Assembly (NCBI GenBank): GCA_002633005.1
Contig: NMRA01000771.1
Span: 62,001 to 126,000, forward strand
Direction: 5' to 3'
DNA from: Phoronis australis
Taxonomy: Eukaryota; Animalia; Phoronida
Length of the DNA: 64,000 bases
Shown here: positions 47,899 through 58,232 of the stretch, one piece after another
How positions within the stretch are numbered: position 1 is the first letter of the stretch
How the letters are laid out: every line of letters begins with the position of its first letter
The notes under the pieces: generated by a model
Database searches by the model: none
Seen by the model: the letters and a program-made list of their open reading frames with translations, nothing else
What the model was told of the DNA's origin: nothing
Program-made: the position numbers and the translations under genes

Positions 47899-49232
47899 TT
47901 TTGCATAACTAACTTTTGTCTAACTTTGCCAGGCCTTGAAGAATTGCCTCTGTAGCCCTTTAGCTGCCATTTTTCCTGTTTATTCCTAATAGGAGAATCA
48001 AAGCGACAAAATAGCAATCTTGTAGTCTACGAATGAGTCGTTGGGAGACGAATTGTGTGTCCTAAGAACCACTGTGCGTTATTTTCTTCTTAAATTGCTT
48101 AGTTTCAGTGTGGACATTCATTAGGCCTACATTCTAATGTCGTGTGCTCAAAAGATTGCAAGGACATGGGATTATGGATCGTAGGCTAGGTATAGCTCCA
48201 CCAGTATAGAGCGTGAGCTCATTTTTGAAAGACACACTTCATTAAGACGGGGTGCCCAGATTACTAGACATTCTGCAAGATTGATAATCACAATGTTCGA
48301 ACATCAGCCCACATATTAACGTCAATGCCCTTCGCACACACCATACTCTCAGGTATTCTTTATAGTCGGTGCTATCTTTTTCACAAGTTTGACATCTTCA
48401 GTAATTAAGTATATATTAGTTGTACGATATTTTAGTCAGATAAAGGTTCGCTCAGATACAAATTGTGTGGTCTAAGGAACCACAGTTGCCATTTCCATTT
48501 TTGTATTAACTAACTTTTGTTTAACTTTGCCAGGCCTTGAAGAATTGCCTCTTAGTTGGGTCGTTGGGAGACGATTTGTGTATCCCAAGAACCACTTTGC
48601 GTTTCTTTTTTATTTCCCTTCAGTCTGCGCATTCACTATGATATTCTAAAATTGTGGACTCAGAAATGGGGACGTTGACTGTAAGCTACTAGGTATAGTC
48701 CCATCATTAAATAGGAGCACGTGCTCATATAAGCTGACGTTTTGAAAAAGACTTTCCTGCAAATGCCGGTATCGATGACTTACATTCGTTATAATTCATT
48801 GATGTATGGATTGATTTTGCCGTTTTGTCTATGCTCAGAAAAATTCTAATGATTGGGTGTTATCTTTTCATGCGCGCACCCAGGGGGTGGGGGGGGGGNN
48901 NNNNNNCCCCCCATTTGGCGAAGTGGGCAAGAACGTCCGCCTCTGAGAAACAAAAAGTGAGATAAAAGTCCACTAAACAAGCACAAACGCGCAATTTACG
49001 GTGTGGTGCCCCCGTTTTTTTTTTGTTTTTAGTCCACCCGCTTTTTTGTTACCAAAAGGTCCACATCGTCAGGAATCGGATTCTGAAGGCTGGGTGCGCG
49101 CATGCTTTTCCCACACGTTTGACATCTTAAATAGACTATTAGATGCACAAGGTCCTCTGCATTCAGAATAAAAGGTTCACTGAGACACAAATTCTGTGAT
49201 CTAAGGAACCTCAGTTGTCATTTCCATTTTTT
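47899..49232. repeat. Diverged tandem duplication of about 600 bp; the second unit carries a MITE
   Basis: Both units begin AACTAACTTTTGTyTAACTTTGCCAGGCCTTGAAGAATTGCCTC and end TCTAAGGAACCwCAGTTGyCATTTCCATTTTT. Confidence 0.7.
48869..49104. mobile_element. MITE with CATGCGCGCACCCAG TIRs and 5-bp TSD CTTTT
   Basis: Perfect 15-bp TIR, with CTTTT at 48864-48868 and 49105-49109. The empty site is visible in the paralogous unit near 48375. Confidence 0.8.
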
Positions 49233-49236
49233 GAAT

Positions 49237-49426
49237 CAGTGGCGGATCTACGGGGGGGGGGNGGGTTCACTCTGAAAATATATTTTTTGCATTGTGAATT
49301 GCTGTTATGAAAATCAACGCGTTTCGAGTCTTCGTGGCTCATCGACAAAACCCCGGAGATCAATTGTGCGCGCGCTTCCGACGACACTTCTGAAGTAGCC
49401 AAGCATTTTAGATGGATCCACCGCTG
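49237..49426. mobile_element. Short CAGTGGCGGATC-type MITE; a relative starts at about 45221
   Basis: CAGTGGCGGATCTA / TGGATCCACCGCTG with a poly-G tract. No clear TSD. Confidence 0.55.
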
Positions 49427-49969
49427 AAAGAGCAGCTCTATAGCTGATTTCTTTAGATAACTAGCTTCTTTACTCTAAGATATGTTTTGATTTGATTAGG
49501 GAAATACTGTGGTGCCCCCAACCCTGATATTCAGGCGAATTGACGTGCAACGTTTTTACCTCATCTCAACGCCAGAAATTTGTAACATGCACTACTGCGC
49601 ATGCGCTAAATCTTGCCAGCAGCCCTCCATAAGAAATACACAAGAGCAGGCTATATAATCAGGAATTTATAAGCGAGGGGAGATAACTGCACAATTTGCC
49701 GATAGCCTGTCGCATAGAGTGTATGTTAAGATTTGTTACTGCCAAATATCAGCGTCATTGGCGAAAATTTTTCCACGTCTCTTGAAGTTTGAAGTTTGCC
49801 CCATTCAGGCCTATGTTAACGATCGTCCGGATCTAGCCCATATTTGAGCGTATAGCTCATTTTGAAGTCAAGTTTGTGGCTGAATTCATTTTGCCATCGG
49901 ATTTGCCGATAGCGGAGGTGATTACCAGGAGTACTTAGAGGTTGCTGGTCCAAATTTCATGCTGTTTTT

Positions 49970-50239
49970 TGTATGAAAACCTCTTTCAAACACAACTCTG
50001 TGTTACGGTTTTACGTGGGTTTATTCTAGAGATCTACAAGATACATCTATTCACTATGCTGTCTAACTCTCAACTGTAAACTTGTTTGCCAGAACTAAAG
50101 ATCATATATGCTCATGAGTCATAATCAGATTTCAGAGAATTGTTTTGTACATCTTACACAATCTATGATTCTAGCTACTAGTGCCATATAAGGTTATGTT
50201 TTGGACTCTGCAAGTTGAATGAAAACCACGAACATAACA
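49970..50239 (-). repeat. 3' LTR (270 bp)
   Basis: Identical to 55471-55738 except for one extra AT dinucleotide. Confidence 0.95.
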
Positions 50240-51495
50240 TCCTCCCTTCTCTGAAAGTTCTTACTCATGGTCCAGTGTTTATATCTAAAGTTCTCCAGTC
50301 TGTCTTCAGGCACAGTGCATGTCATGCAGTGGTGTCTAATTAAGTTAATAGAAAACAGATGTCTTCAGTTTATCATAAGACACAAATTACAGCATAGTAA
50401 CAAATTAGTGTAAACAGTCTGCTTAGTTCAGTTAAGTGATAGTGTCAGTGTTCTGGAATCAAAACAAACACAAGCTGCTAGTGGATCATCGTAGTAAACA
50501 GTTCTGTAGTAAATAACTTCTATGGGTCATCCAGTCAACTCTGGGTGGACTATCAGAGTGACAAGAACAAACAGTGATTGGTATTATTCTGACCAATTTC
50601 CTCACTGTGTGTATCTCACAGGTGGTTTAATCACTCTCCCAGATCTGGTTGTCACAGGCTGGTNNNNNNNNNNNNNNNNNNNNNNNNNNNNNNNNNNNNN
50701 NNNNNNNNNNNNNNNNNNNNNNNNNNNNNNNNNNNNNNNNNNNNNNNNNNNNNNNNNNNNNNNNNNNNNNNNNNNNNNNNNNNNNNNNNNNNNNNNNNNN
50801 NNNNNNNNNNNNNNNNNNNNNNNNNNNNNNNNNNNNNNNNNNNNNNNNNNNNNNNNNNNNNNNNNNNNNNNNNNNNNNNNNNNNNNNNNNNNNNNNNNNN
50901 NNNNNNNNNNNNNNNNNNNNNNNNNNNNNNNNNNNNNNNNNNNNNNNNNNNNNNNNNNNNNNNNNNNNNNNNNNNNNNNNNNNNNNNNNNNNNNNNNNNN
51001 NNNNNNNNNNNNNNNNNNNNNNNNNNNNNNNNNNNNNNNNNNNNNNNNNNNNNNNNNNNNNNNNNNNNNNNNNNNNNNNNNNNNNNNNNNNNNNNNNNNN
51101 NNNNNNNNNNNNNNNNNNNNNNNNNNNNNNNNNNNNNNNNNNNNNNNNNNNNNNNNNNNNNNNNNNNNNNNNNNNNNNNNNNNNNNNNNNNNNNNNNNNN
51201 NNNNNNNNNNNNNNNNNNNNNNNNNNNNNNNNNNNNNNNNNNNNNNNNNNNNNNNNNNNNNNNNNNNNNNNNNNNNNNNNNNNNNNNNNNNNNNNNNNNN
51301 NNNNNNNNNNNNNNNNNNNNNNNNNNNNNNNNNNNNNNNNNNNNNNNNNNNNNNNNNNNNNNNNNNNNNNNNNNNNNNNNNNNNNNNNNNNNNNNNNNNN
51401 NNNNNNNNNNNNNNNNNNNNNNNNNNAGTCAACTCTGGGTGGACTATCAGAGTGACAAGAACAAACAGTGATTGGTATTATTCTGACCAATTTCC

Positions 51496-52166
51496 TCACT
51501 GTGTGTATCTCACAGGTGGTTTAATCACTCTCCCAGATCTGGTTGTCACAGGCTGGTCAGGTCTTGCTTCACTTTTGATGGTGTGTGGGTCGGAGCCTTC
51601 TTTGACAGATTTTTCAGCAACCATGTGTTCCGGTTTGTAGACTGCAGGCTCGGCCTGTCTGACTTCTTTTGCTGGCTTTATATGTTGGCGATTTCGGCGA
51701 ACAACACTTGTCGGGGTTTCAATAGAGTACGATCGCTCGTCAAGCCGTTTCAAAACAGTACCTTTGGTCCATTCTTTCTGACCAAGTGTAAAGGGTTGCA
51801 ATCGCACAGAATCTCCCTCTTCCAAAACAGGCAACTCTTTTGCGGATTTGTTGTAATAGTGCGCTTGTTTGTGTTGTTGACGCTTCAGGTCGCGATCTGT
51901 GTGCTTTTGACTAACTACTTCAGGTTTGAGTAATGAAGTGGCTGTGGGCAGCAATGTCTTGGTACCATCTACTCATCCATCAAGCGTTGTGCGGGACTAG
52001 ATAACAAACCTTGGGTAGGAGTGTTTCTGTGATCTAGCATAGCTAAATAAACATCACTACCGGAATCTTTACATTTCCTGAATATACGCTTGGCAGTTTT
52101 CACGGCAGACTCTGCTTTACCGTTGGCTTTACTGTTGCCAGGACTGCTTGTTGCGTGAACAATATC
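51496..52166 (-). pseudogene. Disrupted integrase C-terminal half
   Basis: After the TAG the frame continues DIVHATSSPGNSKANGKAESAVKTAK...RNTPTQGLLSSPAQRLM. A frameshift near 51955-51985 follows, then LLPT...RSYSIETPTSVVRRNRQHI...TTRSGRVIKPPVRY. Confidence 0.9.
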
Positions 52167-55100
52167 CTATGATTTGCAAAATCTTACAAAATCATGGCAC
52201 GAATATTGCGGACCATTGTCGGACACGATGGTATCTGGAATACCATGTCGCGAGAAGTGTGCTTTGAGCTTCTCAATTACAGCTGTTGCGCTCGTGCTGT
52301 AAAGTCGATCTACTTCCCAGAAATTACTGTAATAGTCAACAACTATCAAATATTCTCTGCCATTGAATGTGAATAAATCTGTTCCAACTTTAGCCCATGG
52401 TCTGTCAGGTAAATCATGGCTCATCAATGGTTCTGGGGGGTTTGCCGTCTCGAATTTTCTGCATGTGTCGCAGCCAGAGATGTAGTCTCTTATCTCTGCT
52501 GTCATATTCGGCCAGTAGATAGATTCTCTTGCCCGTCTCAGGCATCCATCTATTCCAAGATGTGAGGAGTGAATCTTTTCTTTGAGTATACGCCTTTGGC
52601 TGGCTGGCACCACAACGCGTTCACCTCTAAAAATTATACCATCATGTATAGCTAGCTCATCTCTGATAGAGAAATACGGTTGCGCCAGTGGTGATACTCG
52701 TGCCTTTTCGTCAGGCCAGCCTTCTTGGATGACTGATTTCAAAACAGTCAAACTTTGATCGGCCTCTGTTGCTCTTCTGATTGCTTCCAGTCGTGAATCA
52801 GTTATTGCGACGAACTGTGTGGCATTCACACATTCAAACTCATTTTTGTTGTGCCCCTCTGTTGTAGGCATATAGGCTCTAGATAAAGTATCAGCGAGAT
52901 ACATTTGCTTCCCTTGGCAGTATGTTACCACTAGATCATACTTTTGTAGTCGCATCATCATGCCTTGAAGTCGCTTCGGTGCACAGGCAAGGCTTTTCTT
53001 CATGATGCTTTCAAGTGGTTTATGATCGCTGATCACATGGGTCGTTCTCCCAAACGTGTACTGGTGGAATTTCTCCACACTCCAGGTTATCGCGAGCATT
53101 TCTTTCTCTAGTTGGGCATAGCGCGTTTCTACGTCACTCAATGCTCTGCTCACAAATGCTAGCGGCTGACCCTCTTGAAGCAGTGCCGCTCCAAGTCCAG
53201 TCTTACTAGCGTCGCACTGGATCGAAAGCTCTTTCGCTGGGTCATAAAATCTCAGTACAGGTGCCTCTGACACAAGTTTCTTCACTTGCGTGAGTGCACT
53301 TTCTTGTGCGTCGGACCACGTCCACGGCACATTCTTGCGTGTCAACTGCCTAATAGGTTCCATCACATCTGACAGTCTAGGTAGGAATTTAGCAAGGTAA
53401 TTCACAAATCCATTCAGTCGTCTAATGCCTTCAATATCGGTTGGTCTTGGCATTTCTTGTACTGCTGTCACTTTCGCAGGGTCAGGCTTCAGACCATCTT
53501 GTGTGACCATGTGTCCAAGAAAAGGTACTGACTTTTGTCGTATTCGCATTTTAGCTCGGTTGAGACGTATTCCAACTTCTCTGCACCGCTGAAATAGTTT
53601 TTCAAGCTTGTTGTCATGGTCCTTAGTGGCTTCTTCGTCGTTGTTGCCGGATCCAAAAATCATCAGGTCATCCGCAACGCATACAACTCCTGGCAAGTCA
53701 CCAACGCAGCTATACAGACGCTTTGCGAACAATTCGCTGCTGACATTTGTACCAAATGGAAGACGTAACCATCGAAATCTACCAAACGGTGTACCAAACG
53801 TTGTCAGGTAAGAAGATTCCTCATCAAGCACCACATGCCAATAGCCGGATTTCAGGTCAACAGTCGAGATAATTCTTGCTTTCGTCAGCTCTGGCAAAAC
53901 ATCATCAAGGGTAGGTAAGTAGAAGTGTTCTCTTTTCAGAGCCTTGTTCAAGGGTCGGGGATCTATGCATATTCTGAGATCGCCTGATTTCTTTGTCGCT
54001 ACCACGAGACTGCTTACCCAATCGGTTGGCTTATTCACGGGCGCTAGTACCTTTTGCTCGGTCAGCTTATCTAATTCCAGTTTTAATTTAGGCTTCAACA
54101 TTGCTGGAAGGCGTCTGGCAGGCATAACAACTGGAGTTACGGCAGCATCAACTTCCAGGTGTACCACACCAGGTAGTGTTCCAATATCATCATTGAAAAT
54201 GTCTGCATATTTCTCAAGCAGATCGCCACGGTTCTCAATGCTACACATATTTTCACTATTCACAGTGATCAGACCCATCTGTTTGCATGCGTCGGCTCCT
54301 AGAATGGGCGTCAAATTCTCTGACATCACACAGAATTCGAAGTTGTAGCATCTACCATTGGCAGGATTCTCAATTTTGGCTGTACCCTCTCCTAATGGTT
54401 TGATTCCTTCTGAACCGCACCACCCGAATAGCTTCTTCGTTGGGGGCTTTAGCCTCATTTTAGGGACATACTTAGCAGGGATTGCATTCACTGATGCACC
54501 ACAATCTATTTGAAAGCGAATATTCTGTCCGTTCACTTTCATTGTCGCATAGATTAGCTTATCAGACTCGACAGCATTTACGTTAACGGAGTTGAGATAG
54601 CCATCATCACTGTCTTCACCAACAGTGTTCACATTGCGTTTAGGTTTTCTCTTACAAACAGCCGCAAAGTGATTTCGGTTGCCGCATGCTTTGCAGGTTT
54701 GTCCATAAGCCGGACACAATTCTTTGCTCATAGCATGCATTTTGGCACAGAACTGACATTTCTTAATGTTCCTAGCATTCTGCACTTTCTTAGGCTTAGT
54801 GCGCTTAACTGTGTGGACCTCATTCGCATGTGACATTGATTTCAACCTGGCAGCCGTTGCCTCAGTAGCTCTGCACATGTCAATGCACTTGGTCAGGCTC
54901 AAATCCTGAACCTCTAACAAAGTTTTTCTCAGTTCATCATTGTCAATGCCCGTTACAATTCTGTCTCTGAGCAGGGTGTCTTTCATGCAGTCGCAGAATT
55001 GACAGTTGCGCTGCAAATGTCGTAGGTTTGTCAAGAAAACATCAAAGGACTCACCTTGCTGCTTCAAAGAGTTGAACAAATACCTTTCATATGTGACGTT

Positions 55101-55385
55101 GGTCTGTCCAATGATGTAGTCATCAAAGCGTGTAATGGTTGTTGCAACAGTCTTCTCACCATCGAATGTGAAGCCGTTGTAAATTCTCAGAGCGTCCGTG
55201 CCAATGCAGTTTAAAAACATTGCCAGTTTATACTCTTCAGGTTGTCCATCGAGCTTTGACAAAAGGGCATAATTAGTCCACTGTTGCCTCCACAGTTCCC
55301 ACTGTCCGATTCTGTCAGCGGCGGACAAATCCAGTGTCTGTGGTGGTTTGATTGCGGGTAGGAATTTGTCAGTTCCCTCAGCCAT
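52167..55385 (-). CDS. Gag-Pol polyprotein (gag with two Zn knuckles, protease, RT, RNase H, integrase N-half), ending at a premature stop
   Basis: MAEGTDK start; CQFC..H..C and CKAC..H..C; protease IDCGA; RT LRICID, DLKSGYWH, LPFG, VADD; RNase H CDAS, EKE, SDHKPL; integrase H..H..C..C, GTDLF, SDNGP. Confidence 0.93.
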   Translation of the reverse strand: MAEGTDKFLPAIKPPQTLDLSAADRIGQWELWRQQWTNYALLSKLDGQPEEYKLAMFLNCIGTDALRIYNGFTFDGEKTVATTITRFDDYIIGQTNVTYERYLFNSLKQQGESFDVFLTNLRHLQRNCQFCDCMKDTLLRDRIVTGIDNDELRKTLLEVQDLSLTKCIDMCRATEATAARLKSMSHANEVHTVKRTKPKKVQNARNIKKCQFCAKMHAMSKELCPAYGQTCKACGNRNHFAAVCKRKPKRNVNTVGEDSDDGYLNSVNVNAVESDKLIYATMKVNGQNIRFQIDCGASVNAIPAKYVPKMRLKPPTKKLFGWCGSEGIKPLGEGTAKIENPANGRCYNFEFCVMSENLTPILGADACKQMGLITVNSENMCSIENRGDLLEKYADIFNDDIGTLPGVVHLEVDAAVTPVVMPARRLPAMLKPKLKLELDKLTEQKVLAPVNKPTDWVSSLVVATKKSGDLRICIDPRPLNKALKREHFYLPTLDDVLPELTKARIISTVDLKSGYWHVVLDEESSYLTTFGTPFGRFRWLRLPFGTNVSSELFAKRLYSCVGDLPGVVCVADDLMIFGSGNNDEEATKDHDNKLEKLFQRCREVGIRLNRAKMRIRQKSVPFLGHMVTQDGLKPDPAKVTAVQEMPRPTDIEGIRRLNGFVNYLAKFLPRLSDVMEPIRQLTRKNVPWTWSDAQESALTQVKKLVSEAPVLRFYDPAKELSIQCDASKTGLGAALLQEGQPLAFVSRALSDVETRYAQLEKEMLAITWSVEKFHQYTFGRTTHVISDHKPLESIMKKSLACAPKRLQGMMMRLQKYDLVVTYCQGKQMYLADTLSRAYMPTTEGHNKNEFECVNATQFVAITDSRLEAIRRATEADQSLTVLKSVIQEGWPDEKARVSPLAQPYFSIRDELAIHDGIIFRGERVVVPASQRRILKEKIHSSHLGIDGCLRRARESIYWPNMTAEIRDYISGCDTCRKFETANPPEPLMSHDLPDRPWAKVGTDLFTFNGREYLIVVDYYSNFWEVDRLYSTSATAVIEKLKAHFSRHGIPDTIVSDNGPQYSCHDFVRFCKS

Positions 55386-55470
55386 GTCAGTATCGGTGTA
55401 GAATGTCTCCAACACTATAATCAGTGTTCCACTGGCTTTAACTCTAAAACCAATGAGTTCGCTGCCACCA

Positions 55471-55738
55471 TGTATGAAAACCTCTTTCAAACACAACTCT
55501 GTGTTACGGTTTTACGTGGGTTTATTCTAGAGATCTACAAGATACATCTATTCACTATGCTGTCTAACTCTCAACTGTAAACTTGTTTGCCAGAACTAAA
55601 GATCATATGCTCATGAGTCATAATCAGATTTCAGAGAATTGTTTTGTACATCTTACACAATCTATGATTCTAGCTACTAGTGCCATATAAGGTTATGTTT
55701 TGGACTCTGCAAGTTGAATGAAAACCACGAACATAACA
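55471..55738 (-). repeat. 5' LTR (268 bp)
   Basis: TGT..ACA termini, AATAAA on the minus strand at 55526-55521, adjacent PBS. Confidence 0.95.
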
Positions 55739-58100
55739 TTTTTCGAAAATTTTTCCACGTCTTGTGTTCAGAAAATGGATCCACGTACAGTGCTGTGAGA
55801 TTAAATGTATGGAATTTGCACTCTGTATAGATGAGAGATTACCTCAGAATCGGTAAGAAACTGCTATGTTCATTTTCTCATCCGGTATGAGTTTAGAAAT
55901 ACTTTCGAAGTTTGAAAAAAGTCGGATTTTATACAGTTTTATGCAGGTTTTTCGCCTGTGAGTTTAGTTGATACTGGTTATCTTCAAAATGTTGTTTCGT
56001 CTTATTTTAATACTGTTACATTGGAGTGGGTTCCGGACACAAGTATGTATTGGCAAACATCTGAAGATTAATAAAAAGCGCTTTGGCAGCCCGCTTAGGC
56101 TGCATGAAGCACACGCCGGCTGCCTGGTGTTCAATTCACTTTTGTTGTGCTTATGTGTAGGCGTAGAGCTGTGACCCCAATGACCCAGCTAGCACTGTCA
56201 TACTGTAGACTGTGGCGTTCCAGAAATTCCAAAGACTGTTATTGTAAACTTGACAAGTATTGCTCTGCAGACTATATTGACTTAAGTGGAGCTCACGGTA
56301 CTGGCGCCCAAGCTTCCTGACCTTTAACCTTACTATGCGTTGTTACGATTGGTTAGGGACATGGCGCAAAGCGTCACCTAGGGGATCAAGAATGTTTCAA
56401 ATTTCTGGCATTGTCTTGAATTCAGTCATATTTTGTTAGCCTATGGACGAGACCAATGTGTCGCATGTGCGCATGCGTTTGAGCTCCCGCCTTTGTCATT
56501 GCATAAATTAATTCTGCTGTCAAAAGCGAAGCAAGAATTGTTTCTGACAATGTCACAGAGAGAACTGCTGTCAAATATCATTGGTGTTTTGACCGATGCA
56601 GTTGACCAGCTGCAAAATGTGAATAACCAGCCTAATACACGATCCCCGACCCAGCGGATTCTGGTTGCTACTTCGGCACTGAGTGACACTACGACCGCAA
56701 ACTTAGCGTCAACTGATGTGAGACCCACCCGTGCCTCCGGCCCCGCCGTTGTTTCAGGCACTGCAGGTGCACCGGGCAACAGGGTGAGTAGCCTCGTGGA
56801 TTTTGGAGAATTAAATCCACTCGGGCTCTAGATAACGGGGATAACGACTTCGCCATGTAATAATCTATATTGTATTTTATTTTCATCACGCCAGTTTAAA
56901 ATCACGCATCAGTAGATCGCAAGCAAAAAATGTCATAAACCAGCAGACGCGAAGTTTCTGTCTATAAAAAGGAATTTTCCCCAGGGTGTCTTCGCTAAGT
57001 AAAGTATACGTGTCATTCTCCGCCTACTCAAAAATGCACATTAGGTTCACGCTGCCTTGGGTATTCATGAAGTGCTGCAGTACTTTCGGGTCGGGGGACA
57101 CCAGTGTGTCAACTAGTGCACTAAACAAAAAATAGAGTTTTGTGTTGGTCGTGTGAGGGTGTAAAAGTCTTCATCAATAGCCAGTTTTTGTTCTTAAATG
57201 TCGTAAAGTAAAACGATGATGGGGAGAGCTAAATTCGCCAGCAAGCAACAGAAGCACTACAAAACGTCCACTTTTACGAGTGCTTTCAGGAGTGTTTCAA
57301 ACGAAAACAGGTACTACAGACCGTCGAGTATCTATGGCGTAATGTACTATGTATAGATAATTTCTGAGTTTTAAACCGAAACTCTCCGTTGTCCTGGAAA
57401 ACACTTGAGTTTTGTCAACATAGAGACATCGAAATATTTCGTAAACAACATCCCTGTGTTTGCGTTATTTTATGTTGATTTTTCCAAATTTACACTGGTT
57501 TATGCTGCTTGGCTGTGATTATTCTGGTTATTTACCCTCTATTCAACTGATTCGCACTTTTGTGTCCGTGACACAAAATTACTACTCCCTAAATAATCTT
57601 CGTCAGTTGGTAAAATTTCATTTTCATATTATGTTGTTAAGGATTTATCAGTAATTCGAATCCAGCTGAAGTTTGATAGCCGGTACTTCATGTACGTCGT
57701 TCTTTGTGCAATATTCTGTAAACATATCACTTGCGAGCCGCATTACCATGCAAGTAATGAACGATGATAATAAATTACGTTAGACATCATCGGTCACAAG
57801 CTGAAAAATCCAGGCGTTGAGGATGATTTTCGGGCAGGTTTCTTCCCAGCTGTCTTCCAAAACTTGGTTGGGGAGAAACCCAGATGACACGTGGGTCTCT
57901 TTTGCCTTCAGAGCCCTCTACATCTCCGGCAAACGGCCCTCATTAGTAGTGAGGGTAACCTTCGGTTGCACGCGCGTCCTTTGGGCACATGCCTTACGGG
58001 ACTTAATCATGTTTCATATTTCAGATCAGCGTGAAAACCTACCGTACCATATTGATTGCAACCGCTTTCTCACTAGACATCCCAACGTCCTAGTTTTAAG

Positions 58101-58232
58101 GTGGTGTCGCGTGAAATTTCTTCCCCGTGAAATTTCTTCCCACTCTGACCCTTTTGCGCATGCGCGGTATTGAGGGGAAGTTATTTCACGTCTAAGGCAT
58201 GAAATTTCTTCCCCCGTGAAATTTCTTCCCAA
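58101..58232. repeat. Cluster of GTGAAATTTCTTCCC motifs (4 direct, 1 inverted), probably a DNA transposon subterminus
   Basis: Direct copies near 58111, 58127, 58200 and 58216, inverted GGGAAGTTATTTCAC near 58175. Preceded by TTAAGG. Confidence 0.55.

Larger units (their letters stand above)
49970..55738 (-). mobile_element. Ty3/Gypsy (Mag-type) LTR retrotransposon, full length
   Basis: Two TGT..ACA LTRs and TTTTT TSD (49965-49969, 55739-55743). PBS TGGTGGCAGCG (tRNA-Leu-like) at 55470-55460, PPT AGAGAAGGGAGGA at 50252-50240, and a single gag-pol frame. Confidence 0.96.

Noticed and set aside
50533-51557. 131-bp direct repeat flanking the gap inside the Gypsy element, suggesting an extra internal domain or env-like gene
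   Set aside because: 50533-50663 is identical to 51427-51557 and both abut the gap. This is most simply overlapping contig ends, giving a real element of about 4.9 kb.
51583-54348. Plus-strand ORFs overlapping gag-pol (and those overlapping the transposase at 62173-63856)
   Set aside because: Antisense or alternative-frame shadows of real coding sequence, with no recognisable motifs.
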